NCBI GenBank assembly: GCA_017468435.1
Contig: JAFUIP010000007.1
Coordinates: forward strand, 33,762 to 97,761
DNA from: Bacteroidales bacterium
GTDB taxonomy: Bacteria > Bacteroidota > Bacteroidia > Bacteroidales > UBA1402
Direction of reading: 5' to 3'
Length of the DNA: 64,000 nt
Part shown: one piece after another, positions 31,347 to 39,481 of the stretch
Layout: each line of letters starts with the position of its first letter
How positions within the stretch are numbered: the stretch's first letter is position 1
Notes under the pieces: model-generated
The model's database searches: none
What the model saw: the letters and a program-made list of their open reading frames with translations, nothing else
Told to the model about the DNA's origin: nothing
Made by a program: the position numbers and the translations under genes

Positions 31347-33188
31347 ATGAAAGAGTTTTTCAAATTGCTTTGGCGATTGGTGCCACCTTATAAGAAGCAG
31401 GTGTTTTTCAACGTGTTGAACAACCTGCTCTCTACTATTTTCAGTTTGTTTTCTTTTGCGCTCATCATCCCCGTGCTGGAGATACTTTTCCAACTGAACG
31501 AGGGCGCAAGCTATACTTATCACGAAAATATCTGGTCATTGCCCTTGGCCGACATGGGCAATGCGCTCAAAGACAATTTCTATTGCTTCTTGCTCAACAT
31601 CGTGGAAACCAAGGGCGGAGGCTTCACGCTGCTCATTCTCGGAACCTTTTTGGTGGTGATGACTTTGATGAAAACCGGTTTCATGTACTTGGCTTCGGTC
31701 AATATGATCACCATTCGTACTTCGGTGCTTCGAGATTTGCGTAACACTATCTATGCCAAGATTTTAACCCTGCCTTTGGGCTTCTTCTCGGAAGAACGCA
31801 AGGGCGACATCATTGCGCGAATGTCGGGCGACGTGACCGAAGTGGAAGCCTCTATCATGAGTTCTTTGGATATGTTGTTCAAGAACCTGATAATGTTGGT
31901 GATATATTTTGCGACGATGGTGTTCCTGAGTTGGGAGTTGACCCTCTTCGTGCTTGTTTTGCTGCCTATTGCCGGATTTTTCTTGGGACGCGTGAGCAAG
32001 CAGCTCAAAAAACCTTCGCGCGAGGGTCAGCATAAATGGGGCGAAATTCTTTCGCAAATCGAGGAAACGCTTTCGGGATTGCGTATTGTAAAGGCTTTCA
32101 ATGCAGAAAACCGTATTTACGAGAACTTTGAGAAGCAAAACAATCAGTTGCGTCGTATCACGGGCCGCATTTTCCGTCGTCAGCAGTTGGCGCATCCCAT
32201 GAGCGAATTCTTGGGAACCTTCATCATTGCCGTGGTACTTTGGTTTGGCGGAACGCTCATTCTCGGCGCCAACACAGGTCTTTCGGCGCAGGTTTTCATT
32301 TATTACCTTATTATTTTCTATAGCATCATCAATCCGGCAAAATCCTTTTCGCAGGCTTGGTACAGCATAGAAAAGGGCTTGGCCTCGATGGAGCGTATCG
32401 ACAAGATTCTGCAAGCAGAAAATAAGATTCAGGATCCCGCGCAGCCTAAGTCTTTGAAGGAATTTACCTCGCAAATAGAGTACAAACATGTGGATTTTCG
32501 TTATCAGACGGAGCAAGTCTTGAAAGATATTAACTTAGTGATTCCCAAGGGAAAAACCGTGGCTTTGGTGGGGCAATCGGGCTCTGGAAAATCTACGCTT
32601 GTCGATTTGTTGCCACGCTTCTATGATGTTGAAAATGGCGGCATTAGCATTGACGGCGAGGATATTCGCAACTATCGCGTGAAGGATGTGCGTGCGCTCA
32701 TGGGAAATGTGAACCAAGAAGCCATTTTGTTTAACGATACTTTCTTCAACAACATTGCTTTCGGAGTGGAAAATGCCACCATGGAACAAGTGGTAGAGGC
32801 CGCCAAAATTGCCAATGCGCACGACTTTATCATGGCCAGCGAAAATGGATACGACACCTACATCGGCGACCGCGGCGGCAAGCTCTCAGGCGGTCAGCGT
32901 CAGCGACTTAGCATTGCTCGTGCCATTTTAAAGAATCCGCCCATTCTCATTCTGGACGAAGCTACTTCTGCCCTCGATACCGAATCGGAACGCTTGGTGC
33001 AGGAGGCTTTGGAAAATCTGATGAAAAACCGCACTACCATTGTCATTGCGCATCGTTTGTCTACCATTCGCAATGCCGACCTTATCTGCGTGATGCGCGA
33101 CGGCAGAATTGTGGAACGTGGCACGCACGAGGAACTGATGCAGCAAGACGGCGCCTTCAAGCGTCTGTACGACTTGCAATTGACATAA
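31347..33188 (+). CDS. ABC transporter, fused permease/ATPase (MsbA-like exporter)
   Basis: Six-TM N-terminal half, 'GQSGSGKST' Walker A, 'LSGGQRQRLSIARA' signature and 'LILDEATSALD' Walker B. Confidence 0.85.
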   Translation: MKEFFKLLWRLVPPYKKQVFFNVLNNLLSTIFSLFSFALIIPVLEILFQLNEGASYTYHENIWSLPLADMGNALKDNFYCFLLNIVETKGGGFTLLILGTFLVVMTLMKTGFMYLASVNMITIRTSVLRDLRNTIYAKILTLPLGFFSEERKGDIIARMSGDVTEVEASIMSSLDMLFKNLIMLVIYFATMVFLSWELTLFVLVLLPIAGFFLGRVSKQLKKPSREGQHKWGEILSQIEETLSGLRIVKAFNAENRIYENFEKQNNQLRRITGRIFRRQQLAHPMSEFLGTFIIAVVLWFGGTLILGANTGLSAQVFIYYLIIFYSIINPAKSFSQAWYSIEKGLASMERIDKILQAENKIQDPAQPKSLKEFTSQIEYKHVDFRYQTEQVLKDINLVIPKGKTVALVGQSGSGKSTLVDLLPRFYDVENGGISIDGEDIRNYRVKDVRALMGNVNQEAILFNDTFFNNIAFGVENATMEQVVEAAKIANAHDFIMASENGYDTYIGDRGGKLSGGQRQRLSIARAILKNPPILILDEATSALDTESERLVQEALENLMKNRTTIVIAHRLSTIRNADLICVMRDGRIVERGTHEELMQQDGAFKRLYDLQLT

Positions 33189-33226
33189 GATTTTCGGCAA
33201 CATCACCCAAGTAATTATGCCGGCGT

Positions 33227-33910
33227 TCAAAACAAGGATAGTTGCTGATCTTCTTCGAGCAGTTTGAAACTCATTCTGTGATAGGGACTTACTCCATTTT
33301 CTGCAATGGCTCGACGATGGGCCGGGGTGGGGTAGCCTTTGTTTTCATTCCATTGATAATGAGGATATTTTTCGTGTAATGCCAACATGGCATCGTCGCG
33401 GTATGTCTTGGCTAAAACGGAGGCAGCTGCGATAGACAAATATTTGCCATCGCCTTTTACCACCATGGTGGCCGGAAATTCCGGATAATCGTCGGGCAAT
33501 CCGCTCTGGGAGGTCTCTGCTTTCGATTTGCCATCTTCGCTTAAACGATGCAGTTGCAGTTGCGAGGGCTGACGGAAGCGGTTGCCATCTATGAGCAGGT
33601 GCTCGGGACGCAGCCTCAACTGGGCTACCGCGCGATGCATGGCCAGCAGCGAGGCATTCAGAATATTCAGCTTGTCGATTTCCTGCGCGCTCACTTCGCC
33701 CACGGCCCAGGCCAAGGCTTCTCTTTCAATGATGGGGCGCAGTTGATAACGCTGTTTCTCAGTGAGTTGCTTCGAGTCGTTGAGCAGTTCGTTGTGGAAA
33801 TCTTCGGGCAGTATGACGGCTGCCGCAAATACAGATCCGGCCAAACATCCCCTTCCGGCTTCATCGCAACCGGCTTCGATTCTTCCTTTCTCCAAATAGG
33901 GTAAGAGCAT
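33227..33910 (-). CDS. rnhB: Ribonuclease HII
   Basis: '[20 protein letters not shown]', 'DSKQLT', 'LIDGN' and 'VKGD...IAAASVLAK'. The true start is MLLPYLEKG; the longer ORF extension overlaps the neighbouring gene. Confidence 0.85.
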   Translation of the reverse strand: MLLPYLEKGRIEAGCDEAGRGCLAGSVFAAAVILPEDFHNELLNDSKQLTEKQRYQLRPIIEREALAWAVGEVSAQEIDKLNILNASLLAMHRAVAQLRLRPEHLLIDGNRFRQPSQLQLHRLSEDGKSKAETSQSGLPDDYPEFPATMVVKGDGKYLSIAAASVLAKTYRDDAMLALHEKYPHYQWNENKGYPTPAHRRAIAENGVSPYHRMSFKLLEEDQQLSLF

Positions 33911-33927
33911 AATTTCCAAACGATTGT

Positions 33928-34908
33928 CTATTCTGAATAAATAATGTGCATCAAGGTGTTTCCCACCGCCTGCAAGGTCAATTTGTCGATGTTGCTCATG
34001 TCGTCGTGCTGTGTGTGCCAACCTTCGAAAAATCCGCCGCGGTCGTTGTCGAAATCTATGATGTCTATGCTGGGAATTCCTGCCAATGTGTTGATATACA
34101 GGTGGTCGTCGGTAAGTATGCCGCCATCGGCCTGGATGAAAAATTGTCCGTAACCCAGTTCTTGAGCTTTGTTCCAAACCTTTTGAACGACATCGGGCGC
34201 ATAGCGTTTCGAAATATATTCCCACATGAAGCAGGCATTTCGCGTGCCCACCATATCCAAAAGAATGCCGTAATTGGCTGTGTATCCGGCTTTATGCGGA
34301 TGCTTTGCCCAATATTGCGAGCCTAAACACCAAGAATCTTTCACGTCTTTTCCCCAATCGGGCACGCCGTAATCTTCCAGGTCGAAAAAGATGATATCGA
34401 CGCCTACGGGCAGTGTCTGCGCTTTTCCTAATTGACGGGCCACTTCCATGAGAACGCCCACGCCGCTGGCCCCATCGTTGGCTCCGAGAACGGCTTTCAT
34501 TTGCAGATTCTTAGTCTTTTCCATATCGCTCCAAGGTCGGCAATCCCAGTGGGCAAACAGTAAAATGCGTTGTGCGTTTTCGGGCTGGAACGAAGCAATG
34601 ATGTTGCGCATGGGTAAGGTTTTGCCGTCCCAGGCGCGGATGTCTGCCTTTTGTTCCTGCACCTCGGCTCCGAAACTTTTCATCTTGTTTACCAAATAGT
34701 TGCCGCAAGCTTCGTGAGCCTTTGAGGCGGGAGTTCTTGGGCCGAATGCCACTTGTTCGGCTATGTAACGATAGGCGCTGTCGGCCGAAAATTCAATGCT
34801 GGTTTGCGGTGCATTGTCTCTTTGTGTCGAGTTGTTTTTCTTCTTTCCCTGACAAGCGCTGAAAAGCAACAGAGAAATGAGGCTGTATAGGATGATTCTT
34901 TTAGTCAT
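33928..34908 (-). CDS. M28-fold glutaminyl-peptide cyclotransferase-like lipoprotein
   Basis: Lipobox 'LLFSAC', 'FGPRTPAS', '[12 protein letters not shown]', '[17 protein letters not shown]' and '[10 protein letters not shown]', resembling the animal-type QC known in Bacteroidota. Confidence 0.6.
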   Translation of the reverse strand: MTKRIILYSLISLLLFSACQGKKKNNSTQRDNAPQTSIEFSADSAYRYIAEQVAFGPRTPASKAHEACGNYLVNKMKSFGAEVQEQKADIRAWDGKTLPMRNIIASFQPENAQRILLFAHWDCRPWSDMEKTKNLQMKAVLGANDGASGVGVLMEVARQLGKAQTLPVGVDIIFFDLEDYGVPDWGKDVKDSWCLGSQYWAKHPHKAGYTANYGILLDMVGTRNACFMWEYISKRYAPDVVQKVWNKAQELGYGQFFIQADGGILTDDHLYINTLAGIPSIDIIDFDNDRGGFFEGWHTQHDDMSNIDKLTLQAVGNTLMHIIYSE

Positions 34909-36793
34909 GCTGATGTGTTTTGGCAAATGATTTTACTTCGTTTAATACGCGCAAGAAGTTGCCTCCCAATATTTTATCGAGATCTTCCTGGCTATAACCT
35001 TCGCGCAATAATTCGCGCACCAAATTGAGAAATTCTCCGCAATGATTGCAGCCGACAATGCCACCGCCACCGTCAAAATCACTGCCTATGCCCACGTAGT
35101 CTATGCCCACCAAATCGCGTACATAATTGATATGGGCAAGGGCATCTTTCACTGTGGCTTCGCTCTCTTTGGCTAAAAATCCACCGTAAAGACAGATGCC
35201 CATCATGCCACCTTTTGCGGCCAAGGCCTTTATTTGCTCGTCTTTCAGGTTGCGTCGATGTTGGCAAAGCGCCCAAGCGGAAGAGTGCGAACAGATAATG
35301 GGCGCTTCGGACATTTCGATGGCGTCGTAGAAGGATTTTTCGCTTGCGTGCGACAGGTCGATGATGATGCCGGCACGATTCATGCGCTTCACGGCTTCCT
35401 GTCCGAAACAGCCGATACCATCGTGTTCAGGATGGGTGGCCTGCGAGGCAGAGTCGCAGACGTCGTTGTGTCCGTTGTGGCAAAGCGTGATGTAACAAAC
35501 GCCCATTTGGGCAAATGCGTCGATGAGCTGTAAGTCTTTTCCTATGGCGTATGCATTCTCGATGCCTAAGAATATGGCCCGGCGGCCGCTCGCCTTGCAG
35601 GCTCGCAGCCCGCCCTCGTCGCACACCAACTCGCAATCGTCGGGCAGAGCCTTGGCGCGGGCCATCGTTTCTTCGAGCAGACGTTTTGCCTTGTCGGTGG
35701 CCGCTTGTAAAGCCTCCTCATCGCGTCCGAGTTGCTTGATGTAAGCCGCCATGACGATGCTGTCCAGACCTCCGTCTTGCATTTTGTCGAGATCCACGCG
35801 GTTGTCTACCAGTTCCAGCGCCTCTTCGCCCTGCGCATCAAAGTCGATTTTTCCGCGGGCAATGTTGCCCCCTTTTTTCAAATGATAATCGCCTTCGAAA
35901 AACATGGGCGCGTCGCAATGCAAATCTATGCTGATAGCTTTTTCCAAGCATTTCCGGCTTTGACGATAGAGTAGGGCTTCGTTGTGCAACCAAGCAAAAA
36001 GGGCTTGCATTTCCGGCTGACTATCGACCAAACATTCCGGATGCCATTGCACACCGATAATAGGCTTGTATTCAGTAGATTCCACGGCTTCGACCACGCC
36101 ATCCGGACTCCATGCCGACACACGCAATCCTTTTCCGATGCTCCTCACTGCCTGATGATGAAAACTGTTTACTCTCAGGTTTTTATTCTTTGAAAATGTA
36201 TTGATATCTTCCTCGGGATGCGCAGCATAATACGCATTAAAAATTGAAAAAAGCAAGCTGTCTTCGGCCAGTTCTGCCTTGTGCGTGCTCTGCTCGCGCG
36301 CCTCGCTCTGACTGTGCTGCAGCAAGCCTACCGCCGTGCGTTCCTTATCGAACTCCGATGTCGCGCAAACCTCCGTCTCGTTGCCCTTGAATTCGCTGGG
36401 CAAATCCTGATAAATGCGTCCGCCCAAGGCTAAGTTGAGCAATTGCTCGCCGCGGCAGATGCCGAGAATGGGGAGTTGCATGGCTAAGGCCCTGCGAATC
36501 AACGGAAATTCGTACTGGTCGCGCAAGGGGTTGATGCTGCCCAAAGCCTCGATGCCTTGTTCGCCAATCAGTTCGGGCGTGAAATCGCCGCCGCCGCTGA
36601 AAATGATTCCGTCGAGTCGAGCCAACACCGCATCCAGCAGTTCATTACTCGCACTCGAAATTGCAGGTAAAATCACAGGGCAGGCACCGGCCTTTAGCAC
36701 AGCGTTCACGTATGTCTTGGCCAAAAGATGCTGGCCGTTTTCCTCGCTGAAGTTGCCACTGATGCCTATATAAGGAATGTCGTTTTTTTGCAT
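34901..36793 (-). CDS. Fusion protein: class-I glutamine amidotransferase/peptidase C26 (PuuD-like) plus membrane-dipeptidase family M19
   Basis: N-terminal half has 'GIIFSGGGD', 'PILGICRGEQLLN', 'VNSFHHQAV' and 'GVQWHPE'. C-terminal half has 'IDLHCD', 'DLSHASEKSF', 'PIICSHSS' and 'GIGSDFDGGGG'. The start is taken at MQKNDIPYIG. Confidence 0.7.
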   Translation of the reverse strand: MQKNDIPYIGISGNFSEENGQHLLAKTYVNAVLKAGACPVILPAISSASNELLDAVLARLDGIIFSGGGDFTPELIGEQGIEALGSINPLRDQYEFPLIRRALAMQLPILGICRGEQLLNLALGGRIYQDLPSEFKGNETEVCATSEFDKERTAVGLLQHSQSEAREQSTHKAELAEDSLLFSIFNAYYAAHPEEDINTFSKNKNLRVNSFHHQAVRSIGKGLRVSAWSPDGVVEAVESTEYKPIIGVQWHPECLVDSQPEMQALFAWLHNEALLYRQSRKCLEKAISIDLHCDAPMFFEGDYHLKKGGNIARGKIDFDAQGEEALELVDNRVDLDKMQDGGLDSIVMAAYIKQLGRDEEALQAATDKAKRLLEETMARAKALPDDCELVCDEGGLRACKASGRRAIFLGIENAYAIGKDLQLIDAFAQMGVCYITLCHNGHNDVCDSASQATHPEHDGIGCFGQEAVKRMNRAGIIIDLSHASEKSFYDAIEMSEAPIICSHSSAWALCQHRRNLKDEQIKALAAKGGMMGICLYGGFLAKESEATVKDALAHINYVRDLVGIDYVGIGSDFDGGGGIVGCNHCGEFLNLVRELLREGYSQEDLDKILGGNFLRVLNEVKSFAKTHQHD

Positions 36794-36886
36794 GATTAGT
36801 CTCTTTTTGCAATATCCGCAGGATAGGGCGGGGAGATTGCACATAAAATCCGCTGTAAAGATATTGCATTTCGAGAAAAAATGTAC

Positions 36887-36894
36887 TACTTTTG
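36887..36894 (+). promoter_or_regulatory. -7 promoter box (TACTTTTG) for tRNA(CAT)
   Basis: Exact TAnnTTTG match, 30 nt before the mature tRNA 5' end. It lies within a 16-mer, ACTACTTTTGCCTGCG, that recurs at 58387..58402. Confidence 0.5.
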
Positions 36895-36923
36895 CCTGCG
36901 ATTTCACTAAATAAAGTGTCATC

Positions 36924-37001
36924 GGGCCTATAGCTCAGTTGGTTAGTAGCACCTGACTCATAATCAGGGGGTCACAGGTTCAAGCCCTGTTGGGCCCACC
37001 A
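36924..37001 (+). tRNA. tRNA with anticodon CAT, most likely tRNA-Ile2 (lysidine-modified) rather than Met; CCA encoded
   Basis: Cloverleaf readable by eye: acceptor GGGCCTA/TGGGCCC, anticodon arm CCTGA-CTCATAA-TCAGG, T-arm CAGGTTCAAGCCCTG. C4-G69 and C5-G68 and the overall similarity to E. coli tRNA-Ile2 support Ile2. Confidence 0.85.
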
Positions 37002-37033
37002 AGCACTCGGAGTCTTTCTGGAGTGCTTTTTTT
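37002..37033 (+). terminator. Rho-independent terminator immediately after the tRNA
   Basis: Stem AGCACTC ... GAGTGCT followed by T7. Confidence 0.65.
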
Positions 37034-37044
37034 AATTATTCGAG

Positions 37045-38586
37045 ATGGATTTGAGCGGTATTAAAAACATTGTTTTCGATTTTGGCGGCGTTCTGGTAAA
37101 CCTCAATCAGCAAGCCTGCATGGACGAACTCACACGCCTGGGCGTTCCCAATATCGAGGATTATCTCACGGCTTACGGCCACGTGGGTATTTTTGGCGCA
37201 TTCGAAAACGGCGATGTGGATCTGCCCACTTTCTGCCGCGGCGTGCGCGAACAATTTCATCTCGATTGCGAAGATATCGACGTAGAGAATGCTTGGGCAA
37301 AGTTTCTGGAAAACATTCCATACAAAAAACTGAAATTGGTGTACGCCTTGTCGAAGAAATATCGCATTTTCATTTTGAGCAACACCAATCCCATTCATAT
37401 CAAGAGTTTTGCGCTCTTCGATCAGGCTGGATTTCCCTATAAGGAATGTGTGGAAAAGCCCTATTATTCTTTCCAGATTCATCATTCTAAGCCGAGTTTG
37501 GAGATTTTCCGTTATGTTACCGACGATGCCGGCATCTTGCCGGAAGAAACGCTTTTGGTAGATGATAGCCCCAAGAATTGTGCCGCAGCGGCCAGTTTGG
37601 GATGGAAAACCTATTGTCCCGGCACTTCCGAAGATTTTTGTGAAGATCTTTTCCCCGAAGAAACCGCCTACATTATGAGTCGCGATTTCCAAGCGCCTCC
37701 TTTTCAGGCTTGTGTGGCTACCATGGGCTTTTTCGATGGCGTACACAAAGGACATCAATTCCTGATAAACGAGTTGCAGACCTTGGCCGACAAAAAACGA
37801 ATGCCTTCTCTGTTGCTGAGTTTCTGGCCACATCCACGCAAGGTTTTGCAGAGCGATTATTGTCCCAGTCTGCTTTCCTCTTGCGAAGAAAAGAGCGAAC
37901 GCTTGCATCATAGCCTGGCCGACAAGGTGGAAATGCTGCCCTTTACCACGGAAATGGCCGATATGACGGCCCGCGAATTCATGGAAAAAATCTTGCGAGA
38001 TCGTTATCATGTGCGTTGTCTGCTTATGGGTCACGATCATCATTTTGGCAAGAATGGCAAGAGTGAATCTTTCGAAGATTATCAGCGTTACGGCGCCGAA
38101 TTGGGCATAGAAGTCTTGCGCGCGGAGCCTTATTGTCAGGATGATGTCTTGCTCAGTTCTTCCTATATCCGTCGTTGTTTGCAGGAAGGTCGCATCAAGC
38201 AGGCCAATGAGGCTTTAGGTTATGCGTATTCTTTGGAAGGCGTTGTGTCAGAGGGTTATGGCAATGGTAAAAAGATGGGTTTTCCTACGGCTAATCTGTG
38301 CCTTTCAGACGATAAACTTGTTCCGGCTCGCGGGGTGTATGCAACTCGCGTTCAACTTGACGGACAGACATATCGCGCCATGCTCAACATAGGTACGCGT
38401 CCCACTTTTTGCCAGGACGACACATGCAGCATCGAAGTGCATATTCTTGATTTCGAAGGTGATATTTATCAGAAGAAACTTCGTGTGGAATTCTTGCAAT
38501 ATTTGCGTGAAGAAAAAGCTTTTGCCTCGGTAAGTGATTTGCAGGCGCAATTGGCCGAAGATCGCAAACAAATCAGTTCGATGTAA
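37045..38586 (+). CDS. ribF: Fusion protein: HAD-superfamily phosphatase plus bifunctional riboflavin kinase/FMN adenylyltransferase
   Basis: N-terminal ~200 aa: 'IVFDFGGVLV' (motif I), 'LSNTN' (motif II), 'VDDSPKNCAAA' (motif IV). The remainder is RibF: 'ATMGFFDGVHKGHQFL', 'FWPHPR', 'GFPTANL', 'MLNIGTRPTF', 'VHILDFEGDIY'. Confidence 0.8.
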   Translation: MDLSGIKNIVFDFGGVLVNLNQQACMDELTRLGVPNIEDYLTAYGHVGIFGAFENGDVDLPTFCRGVREQFHLDCEDIDVENAWAKFLENIPYKKLKLVYALSKKYRIFILSNTNPIHIKSFALFDQAGFPYKECVEKPYYSFQIHHSKPSLEIFRYVTDDAGILPEETLLVDDSPKNCAAAASLGWKTYCPGTSEDFCEDLFPEETAYIMSRDFQAPPFQACVATMGFFDGVHKGHQFLINELQTLADKKRMPSLLLSFWPHPRKVLQSDYCPSLLSSCEEKSERLHHSLADKVEMLPFTTEMADMTAREFMEKILRDRYHVRCLLMGHDHHFGKNGKSESFEDYQRYGAELGIEVLRAEPYCQDDVLLSSSYIRRCLQEGRIKQANEALGYAYSLEGVVSEGYGNGKKMGFPTANLCLSDDKLVPARGVYATRVQLDGQTYRAMLNIGTRPTFCQDDTCSIEVHILDFEGDIYQKKLRVEFLQYLREEKAFASVSDLQAQLAEDRKQISSM

Positions 38587-39457
38587 TATCCACTTGTTCT
38601 TCCAATGCTTCGATTTCCTCTTGCATCGACTTCAGGTAGTGCTGTTGGATGAAAATTGTGGCGATCAGGACGAAAATGACCAAAGCTAGTGTAAAACCGG
38701 AAATGCAGAGGAATAAATTTCTTCTGAATCTGATGTCGCGCAGGGCCTCGTCGGCGTTGAGATATCGGTTTTCAGGAAGTTCTTGTGTGCATTTTTCCAG
38801 GATTTTCCGAAGGTAATGCGGTTGTCTTCCCTGACATTTTTCCTGAATGTACAACATAATTTTTCCAACGGCATAGATATCGCTACGCGCATCGAATTTC
38901 TCTCTGTTCTTGCTTTGCAATTCGGGAGCGGCAAATTGCGAATTGGTGCCGGCGGTATATCCGTAATGGTCTTCAAAGCAGAATCCTAAGTCGATAATCT
39001 TGACGTCGTTGTTTATCTGGGTGATAAGAATGTTGTCGGGCTTCAAATCGAGGTATGCCACGTGTTTATCGTGCAAGGCTTTCAGTCCCTTCATCAATTG
39101 GATGAAGAATTTTCTAAGGTGTTTTGTCTTGCGGAAATATTTCGGGTCCTTGGCGATTTTCTCTTCCAACGTGAGTCCGTTGATATGCTCCAGCAGCAGG
39201 TAAATGCCTTTCTCGTTCTCGTTGAGCGATACATATTTGACGATGTAGTCGCTTTCGATGCGATTTCCTACTTCGAATTCCTTGTGGAACATTACCCGAT
39301 AGCGCCAGTTGTCTTTGTGTTCGGGGCGGAGTTGCTTCATGAAGTAGTCTTTGCCTTTAAGACGCACCCGATACGACAAGGATGTCGAGCCTTGTCTTTG
39401 CAGCAATTCTACTTTTTCGAACTGTTCCGAAGTGTGGATGAAGTCGGATGCCAGCAT
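38573..39457 (-). CDS. Ser/Thr protein kinase-like protein, non-RD type, C-terminal TM anchor
   Basis: 'FMKQL' (beta3 Lys), 'YLDLKPDNILI' (catalytic loop with YLD in place of HRD), 'DLGFCF' (DFG-like) and 'AAPE'. TM 'LFLCISGFTLALVIFVLIATIFI' near the C-terminus. Confidence 0.7.
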   Translation of the reverse strand: MLASDFIHTSEQFEKVELLQRQGSTSLSYRVRLKGKDYFMKQLRPEHKDNWRYRVMFHKEFEVGNRIESDYIVKYVSLNENEKGIYLLLEHINGLTLEEKIAKDPKYFRKTKHLRKFFIQLMKGLKALHDKHVAYLDLKPDNILITQINNDVKIIDLGFCFEDHYGYTAGTNSQFAAPELQSKNREKFDARSDIYAVGKIMLYIQEKCQGRQPHYLRKILEKCTQELPENRYLNADEALRDIRFRRNLFLCISGFTLALVIFVLIATIFIQQHYLKSMQEEIEALEEQVDITSN

Positions 39458-39466
39458 GCTAAAAAT

Positions 39467-39476
39467 CCCCCCCCCC
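39467..39476 (-). repeat. Homopolymeric G10 tract (C10 on the + strand) in the 24-nt spacer upstream of the kinase start codon
   Basis: Read directly from the sequence. Coordinates were anchored with the ORF-track frames and carry a +/-1 nt uncertainty. Confidence 0.85.
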
Positions 39477-39481
39477 GTTCA

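Noticed and set aside
33911-34225. A 105-codon N-terminal extension of the rnhB ORF (ORF track 33227..34225).
   Set aside because: It overlaps the well-supported M28/QC-like gene in another frame and is an Arg/His-rich shadow sequence. The conserved RNase HII N-terminus starts at the internal ATG, 33910.
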